From: an uncultured Haloferula sp.
Lineage (GTDB): Bacteria; Verrucomicrobiota; Verrucomicrobiia; Verrucomicrobiales; Akkermansiaceae
Direction: 5' to 3'
DNA length: 64,000 nucleotides
Assembly (NCBI GenBank): GCA_965652295.1
Contig: CBFGTS010000002.1
Span: forward strand, 308,570 to 372,569
The position numbers and the translations under genes were made by a program. Positions within the stretch are counted from its first letter, which is position 1. Each line of letters starts with the position of its first letter. This document shows positions 58,883 through 64,000 of this stretch, in pieces. The notes under the pieces are model-generated. The model made no database searches and was not told where the DNA came from. It saw only the letters and a list, made by a program, of their open reading frames with translations.

Positions 58883-59018
58883 CCAGTGGCATGACCGTCT
58901 CGGTCATGAACGCGGAAGCCCGCCTCACCCCGCTCTCGCCCGCCCTTCTTCCAGCCCTTCTCTTCTCCTTTCACAACCAGGACCGCCGACAAGTCGGGGC
59001 ACGCGGCCCCACATCATC
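58883..59018. repeat. MITE-like element (copy 2, inverted, degenerate right end)
   Basis: CCAGTGGCATGACCGTCTCGGTCATGAACGCGGAAGCCC matches the reverse complement of 20869-20907; GGACCGCCGACAAGTCGGGGCACGCGG matches the reverse complement of the left arm of copy 1. Confidence 0.68.
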
Positions 59019-59046
59019 ATCCCGCTCATCCACCCGGCACCCATCC

Positions 59047-59126
59047 ATGAATCCTGCTCATCCAGAGCGTGATGCCCTTTCCCCTCCGACCCCCACCCTA
59101 CCTCCCCTCATCGCATGCCAACTGCT
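59047..59126 (+). promoter_or_regulatory. LysR box plus degenerate sigma54-like promoter (nirA)
   Basis: ATGA-ATCCTGC-TCAT at 59047-59061; TCGCATGCCAACTGCT at 59111-59126 (CG in place of GG at -24). Confidence 0.62.
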
Positions 59127-59156
59127 TGAAACCCGACCGAGCAACCCGACTTCATC

Positions 59157-60917
59157 ATGCGACTGATCAGCGAAACCACCGGCTTCTCCGACGAGCAGAC
59201 CGTTTTCCTCAAAGCCTTCATTTCCGGCCTCCAACAAGGTCGTGATCTGCCCCACCTCGGCCAGGACGGGGAAGGCCGCTTCACCCATGAGGAAGAGCAA
59301 AGCGTCTACGGCACGCCCATCGACGATCTCTGCAAGGAAGAGCGGATCAAGTATGAGAAGAACGGCCTCGACTGCTACGACGAGATCCTCGCCAACGCGC
59401 TCGAGAACAAGTTTCCCGACGCCGAGGATGTCTTCCGTTACAAGTTCCACGGCCTCTTCTACGTCGCTCCGGCCCAGGACAGCTTCATGCTCCGCTGCCG
59501 CATCGCCGGCGGCGCGCTGAGCACCTACCAGTTCCGCGGCCTCGCCGAGATCGCGCAGGACTGGGGCCCCGGTCACGCCGACCTGACCACCCGCGCCAAC
59601 GTCCAGATCCGCGAAATCGAGCCGAAGAACTGCCCCTCGGTTCTGATGAAGCTCGCCGACCTCGGTCTCACCTCGCAGGGCTCAGGTGCCGATAACGTCC
59701 GCAACGTCACCGCCACCCCGACCACCGGCTTCGACCCCACCGAGTTGATCGACGTGCTGCCCTACGCCCGCGCGATGCATCACTACATCCTCAAAAACCG
59801 CGACCTCTACGGTCTGCCGCGGAAGTTCAACATTTCCTACGACTCCGGCGGCTGCGTCTCCGTCTGCGCCGACACCAACGACATCGGCTTCTACGCCGTC
59901 CGCGTCGGCGAGAACGACCGCGGCATCGAGCCCGGCGTGTACTTCCGCATGCAGCTCTGCGGTATCACCGGCCATCAGCAGTTCGCCTCCGATTGCGGCG
60001 TGCTCCTCACCCCGGCCGAAACCATTCCGGTCGCCGCCGCTCTCATCCGCATGTTCATCGAGAACGGCGACCGCACCAACCGCAAGAAGGCCCGCCTGAA
60101 GTATCTCGTCGATGACTGGGGTTTCGAAAAAACCCTCGCCGAAACGCAGAAGAAGCTCGCCTTCGATCTCCGCTACTTCCCCGAGGAGCTTTGCGAAAAA
60201 CCCGCCGCCAAGGACAAACAAGGCTACCTCGGCATCCACCCGCAGACCGATGGCAAAAACTACATCGGCATCTGCACCCCCGTCGGCCGCATGAGCGTTT
60301 CACAAATGCTCGCCCTCGCCGACATCGCCGACGAATTCGGCCGCAGCGAGATCCGCCTGACCGTCTGGCAAAACCTCATCATCCCCGGCATTTCCGACGA
60401 TCACCTCCAGGCCGCGCTCACCGCCATCCAGGCCACCGGCCTCGATTACCGGAACAACCCGATCACCGGCGGCATCATCGCCTGCACCGGCAGCCGCGGC
60501 TGCAAATACGCCGCCTCCGATACCAAGGGCGACGCCGTCGCTCTCGGCCAGCACATCGCCTCGAAGATGATCCTCGACCTCCCCATCAACCTCCACCTCA
60601 CCGGCTGCCACCACTCCTGCGCCCAGCACTACATCGGCGATATCGGCATGATGGGCACCCGCGTGAAGATCGAAGATGGCTCCACTGTCGATGGCTACAA
60701 CATCGTCCTCGGCGGCGGCGTCGATGACCAACAGTTCATCGGACGCGAAGTCTGGAAATCCGTGAAAGCCACGGAAATCAACGCCCTCGTCGAGCAACTT
60801 CTCTGCGCCTACCTCGCCCAGCGCACCGAGGGCGAAACCTTCGCTGACTTCACCCGCCGCCTCTCCGTCGAAGAACTCCAGTCCCTCGTGGACCAGTCGA
60901 AGCTCGCCGCCGCTTAA
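59157..60917 (+). CDS. nirA: Ferredoxin-type nitrite reductase (NirA family, siroheme/4Fe-4S)
   Basis: LTTRANVQIR, GADNVRN, LPRKFNI, ACTGSRGCK and LTGCHHSCAQ motifs; nitrate cluster context. Confidence 0.9.
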   Translation: MRLISETTGFSDEQTVFLKAFISGLQQGRDLPHLGQDGEGRFTHEEEQSVYGTPIDDLCKEERIKYEKNGLDCYDEILANALENKFPDAEDVFRYKFHGLFYVAPAQDSFMLRCRIAGGALSTYQFRGLAEIAQDWGPGHADLTTRANVQIREIEPKNCPSVLMKLADLGLTSQGSGADNVRNVTATPTTGFDPTELIDVLPYARAMHHYILKNRDLYGLPRKFNISYDSGGCVSVCADTNDIGFYAVRVGENDRGIEPGVYFRMQLCGITGHQQFASDCGVLLTPAETIPVAAALIRMFIENGDRTNRKKARLKYLVDDWGFEKTLAETQKKLAFDLRYFPEELCEKPAAKDKQGYLGIHPQTDGKNYIGICTPVGRMSVSQMLALADIADEFGRSEIRLTVWQNLIIPGISDDHLQAALTAIQATGLDYRNNPITGGIIACTGSRGCKYAASDTKGDAVALGQHIASKMILDLPINLHLTGCHHSCAQHYIGDIGMMGTRVKIEDGSTVDGYNIVLGGGVDDQQFIGREVWKSVKATEINALVEQLLCAYLAQRTEGETFADFTRRLSVEELQSLVDQSKLAAA

Positions 60918-60980
60918 GAGAGCACCCCGCCGTCGCGCACTCGGTCCTGAAAACTGCACACTGAAAACTCGCAAACTTTC

Positions 60981-62666
60981 TTGGTCACCACCCTCCAACC
61001 TTCACCCCCGGAGAAACCGCCGCTTCCCAAAGCCAGCGAGCTCCGCACCCTGATCGACGACCTCCTCGCCGAGCAAGGCACGCTTCAGACCCCCGTCGCC
61101 CGCTTCGCCGAGATCCACGATCGCCAGCCCGACCTCGCCGAGCACTACCGCAATCTCATCCCGCTCTCCAAGCCCGGCCCGGGTGAGCAATACGCCTTCG
61201 AGGTTTCCCTCGACCGCTGCACCGGCTGCAAGGCCTGCGTTTCCGCCTGCCACAATCTCAACGGCCTCGACGACCATGAAGTCTGGCGCGACACCGGCAC
61301 TCTCGTCGGCGGGAGCGTCGCCCCCGGCTGGCAGCAGACCGTTACCACCGCCTGCCACCACTGCGAGGATCCGGGCTGCCTCAACGGCTGCCCCGTCGGC
61401 GCCTACGAAAAGGACACGGACACCGGCATCGTCCGCCACCTCGACGACCAATGCATCGGCTGCTCCTACTGCATCCTCAAGTGCCCCTTCGACGTCCCGA
61501 AGTATTCCAAGAAGCGTGGCATCGTCCGCAAGTGCGACATGTGCCACCAGCGCCTCGCCGAGGGCGAAGCGCCCGCCTGCGTCCAGGCCTGCCCCACCGA
61601 GGCCATCCGCATCGTCAAGGTCGAGACCGGCAGGGCCGAGCGGCCCGCCCGGCCGACTCGTTTCGCTCCGCCGCCCCCCTTCCTCACCGGTGCGCCGGAC
61701 CCAGCCCTCACCCTTCCCACCACCCGCTACGTCGGCCGCAAGGTCCCCGAGACCGCCCACGCCGCCGACCGCGACCAGCTCGTCCCCCAGCACGCCCACT
61801 GGCCGCTGGTCTTCATGCTCGTCCTCACCCAAGCCGGCATCGGCCTCTTGGGGAGCGCCAGCTTCAGCTTCATGGGGAGCGCCGGCGTCCCGCCGGCTTC
61901 GTCCGGCATCCTGCCGGGCGTCTTCCCCATCATCCTCGGAGCCATCCTGTTCAACCTCGGCATGGTCGCCGCCACCCTTCACCTCGGCCAGCCCCTCAAA
62001 GCCTGGCGTTTCTTCCTCGGTCTGCGCACCAGTTGGCTCTCCCGCGAAATCCTTGCGTTCTCCCTCTTCGCCCCCATCCCCGTCATCCTCGCGGCCCTTC
62101 CCTTTCTCCCCGACTTCCCGTTCAAGGACCAGCTCACACTTCTCGTGACTTACTCGGTGATTCCCGCCGGGATCATCGCCATCTTCACCAGCGTCATGAT
62201 CTACGTCGATACCCATAGATCGCTGTGGCGACTGCCGCTGACCAGCGCACGTTTCTTTGGCACCACCCTTTCTTTTCTACTCGTCGGGCTCGCCGTCACC
62301 ACCCCTGAGCTCCGCCTCTTCGCCACCTTCGCGATCCTTCTCAAGATGATCCCCGAAGCCCGGATCCTCAAACGTCCCACCGATCCCTCGAGCGACTGGC
62401 GAACCATTGCCAAATCGGTTCCCGAACGCGAAGTCTCCGCCTGGTCACCCGACCGGCATAGTGCCCGCCTCCAGCTCGGCCCACTCCGCCGCATCCTCAA
62501 TGCCCGCGTCATCCTGGCGTTCGCCGCAGCCTTTGTCGTCCTCGCACAGCCGTGGATCGCCCTCCCCCTGCTACTCGTGTCCGAAATCCTCGAACGACAA
62601 CTCTTCTTCCAGGCCGTCCAGGCCCCGAAGATGCCCGGCCACTTCGGCTCCGCACCATCGCATTGA
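60981..62666 (+). CDS. DmsB-like four-cluster Fe-S domain fused to a DmsC/NrfD-like membrane anchor
   Basis: CTGCKACVSAC, CHHCEDPGCLNGCP, CIGCSYCILKCP and KCDMC..ACVQACP; then HWPLVFMLVLTQ, HLGQP and SWLSREI. TTG start uncertain. Confidence 0.88.
   Translation: MVTTLQPSPPEKPPLPKASELRTLIDDLLAEQGTLQTPVARFAEIHDRQPDLAEHYRNLIPLSKPGPGEQYAFEVSLDRCTGCKACVSACHNLNGLDDHEVWRDTGTLVGGSVAPGWQQTVTTACHHCEDPGCLNGCPVGAYEKDTDTGIVRHLDDQCIGCSYCILKCPFDVPKYSKKRGIVRKCDMCHQRLAEGEAPACVQACPTEAIRIVKVETGRAERPARPTRFAPPPPFLTGAPDPALTLPTTRYVGRKVPETAHAADRDQLVPQHAHWPLVFMLVLTQAGIGLLGSASFSFMGSAGVPPASSGILPGVFPIILGAILFNLGMVAATLHLGQPLKAWRFFLGLRTSWLSREILAFSLFAPIPVILAALPFLPDFPFKDQLTLLVTYSVIPAGIIAIFTSVMIYVDTHRSLWRLPLTSARFFGTTLSFLLVGLAVTTPELRLFATFAILLKMIPEARILKRPTDPSSDWRTIAKSVPEREVSAWSPDRHSARLQLGPLRRILNARVILAFAAAFVVLAQPWIALPLLLVSEILERQLFFQAVQAPKMPGHFGSAPSH
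61874..61925 (+). repeat. REP-like element inside the coding sequence, in frame
   Basis: 50/52 identical to the intergenic copy at 62680-62731. Confidence 0.85.
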
Positions 62667-62679
62667 GCCCTCCGAAGAC

Positions 62680-62731
62680 GGGGAGCGCCGGCGTCCCGCC
62701 GGCATCGTCCGGCATCCTGCCGGACGTCTTC
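62680..62731 (+). repeat. Intergenic REP-like element (GGGGAGCGCCGGCGTCCCGCCGGC family)
   Basis: Internal palindromes GCCGGCG-TCC-CGCCGGC and TCCGGCA-TCC-TGCCGGA; related copies at 25544 and 61874. Confidence 0.8.
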
Positions 62732-63304
62732 TCATGGTCGGCTCCCTCATCCCCGCCCCCCTCCTCGGCCCTCAGCATGCTCGCTGCCGGCTATCACCGG
62801 CGCGATCTCTTGGAGGTGGGACGCCCCCGTCCCACAACCCCGGCAGCCAGCCTCCACCTTCCAAGATCAGGACCGACCTTAGATCGGACCTCCTCCCGCG
62901 TCCCGCAAAGTGGATGGAATCGGAGGGCTGCAATCACTTTGCAACCTTCGGTTTTCGGGATCCACCCCAAGGCGATCAAGCAAGGGAGGGATCGCGGATG
63001 GATGTCAATCGACGCGAATCCCTGATGAAGGTCATGGAAAGAAGTTCTCCGTCAGATTTGATGGGAGCTGCGTGGATGGGCGGACTTTTCTCTCCGACAC
63101 CGAGATACGGAGATGTAGTCCGTCACGATCCGGAAATACTCGCCACTCCCCTCCGCATGCCGGGTAGTGTGGGGTGAGGGTTCGAATCCGCCACCTGAGG
63201 AATATGCTTTCAAACCAGACCTACGGCATCTTCGATACGACCGCCGTGTTTGGTGGCAATAAGGCCAGCGGCGATCTCGGCAATCATGGCGGCGAAGATT
63301 TTGT

Positions 63305-63392
63305 AGCGAACGTAGAGTGGCGGCACCAGCGAGATCGAGCTCCGATTTAACTAGAAATGTTATCGTCGGTTGCCACGCACGACTAGCTAGCC
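63305..63392 (-). mobile_element. Integron attC-like site (degenerate R'' box)
   Basis: Minus strand: GGCTAGC-TAGTC-GTGCGTGGCAACC...GGTGCCGCCAC-TCTAC-GTTCGCT; 88 bp imperfect palindrome 18 nt after the stop of the cassette ORF. Confidence 0.65.
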
Positions 63393-63410
63393 TTTGGTTT
63401 TGATGATGAC

Positions 63411-63779
63411 TTATCGATCAGTGTCTTGATCCCGGCATGAGCAGACGCCGGAAGCGAAGTCCCAAAGCACGTGTCCGGAGATGGCAGCGCTGCTCTGGTC
63501 CCAACGAACTTCGGCTGCCTGAATCGAGCCAAGTGGAACCCGTCCGTAAGAGCGACCGGAGGTGTCTTGAATTTCAACGAAACATGGCGTGTCACTGTGA
63601 ACTCCCCAGAACATGATCGGCAACGGGATGTAGTGATAGGGGCGGCAGGAGATGATCGAGTAGTATCGCCCACTCGGATCAGGCTCTCTGGAGTGCTCAA
63701 CCGTGCCGAAGAATAAGTATCCGGCGACCACGGCAAGGCCGAGCAACGTCGAAAGTGCAATTATTCTGCGGCGTCTCAT
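63411..63779 (-). CDS. Gene-cassette ORF, hypothetical membrane-anchored or exported protein (122 aa)
   Basis: ATG 5 nt after the GTTAGCC end of the upstream attC; basic then hydrophobic N-terminus; less GC-biased than the rest of the window. Confidence 0.7.
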   Translation of the reverse strand: MRRRRIIALSTLLGLAVVAGYLFFGTVEHSREPDPSGRYYSIISCRPYHYIPLPIMFWGVHSDTPCFVEIQDTSGRSYGRVPLGSIQAAEVRWDQSSAAISGHVLWDFASGVCSCRDQDTDR

Positions 63780-63784
63780 TTTCT

Positions 63785-63873
63785 GGCTAACGTCTAGCTC
63801 ATCCACGGCGGGGATGGAAGCCCGAACTCAAACTGGAGCGTTGCCCGCCATTGGAGGGGGCGCCTTGTTCGCC
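63785..63873 (-). mobile_element. Integron attC site
   Basis: Minus strand: GGCGAAC-AAGGC-GC...TCCAATGGCGGG...CCCGCCGTGGATGAGC-TAGAC-GTTAGCC; 89 bp, with complementary AAC/GTT cores and bulged bases. Confidence 0.75.
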
Positions 63874-64000
63874 TCATTTTTCGGGAAGCGGCTTCACGGG
63901 TGGAGAACCAAATGGATCGCTGCTCTCTTCGGTCAACTCCACGTGCCTAGAAGCTATCTCAAAAGTGCGTTGAGCAGGATCATGGCGCAAGCGAGTTCCA
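63874..64000 (-). CDS. 3' end of a further cassette ORF (runs off the window)
   Basis: Open frame ...HVELTEESSDPFGSPPVKPLPEK* whose TGA directly abuts the attC R'' box. Confidence 0.55.
   Translation of the reverse strand, partial: GTRLRHDPAQRTFEIASRHVELTEESSDPFGSPPVKPLPEK

Noticed and set aside
58891..58907. ATGA...TCAT palindrome inside the MITE-like element as another LysR box
   Set aside because: The spacer is 9 nt, not 7, and the same sequence belongs to the repeat also found in the pectin cluster.
63170..63200. GGTTCGAATCC resembling a tRNA T-loop
   Set aside because: The flanking stem (GAGGG/CCGCC) has two mismatches, and no acceptor, D or anticodon arms or CCA end can be built.
1..64000. 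CRISPR array, cas genes, rRNA or tRNA genes
   Set aside because: No regularly spaced identical repeats, Cas-like ORFs or structural RNA genes were seen by eye.

Overview
High-GC bacterial chromosome segment; gene content points to Verrucomicrobiota (Luteolibacter/Haloferula-like, by inference). From left to right: (1) a secreted zinc metalloprotease and an SGNH hydrolase; (2) a Planctomycetes/Verrucomicrobia-type (PVM) bacterial microcompartment locus for rhamnose/fucose breakdown, with a divergent DeoR regulator and rhamnulokinase; (3) frr and pyrH; (4) a ~23 kb pectin/rhamnogalacturonan/arabinan cluster (GH28, CE8, GH105-GH28 fusion, xylA, GH43-like, CE12, UxaE-like, three GH127/GH146 genes, a truncated GH2) followed by an ECF sigma/anti-sigma pair; (5) truB and nrnA; (6) a ~17 kb nitrate/nitrite assimilation cluster; (7) the end of an integron-like attC cassette array at the right edge. 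The main unexplained signal is regulatory. Five promoters of the nitrate cluster share one architecture: a LysR-type palindrome ATGA-N7-TCAT lying 64-65 bp upstream of a sigma54-like GG-N10-GC element. The cluster encodes a LysR and an orphan NasS-like sensor, but the window has no bEBP ATPase and no NasT. Also notable: a REP-like repeat inserted in-frame in a membrane protein gene, and a ~132 bp MITE-like element present twice. All product calls come from motif recognition by eye, not database searches.
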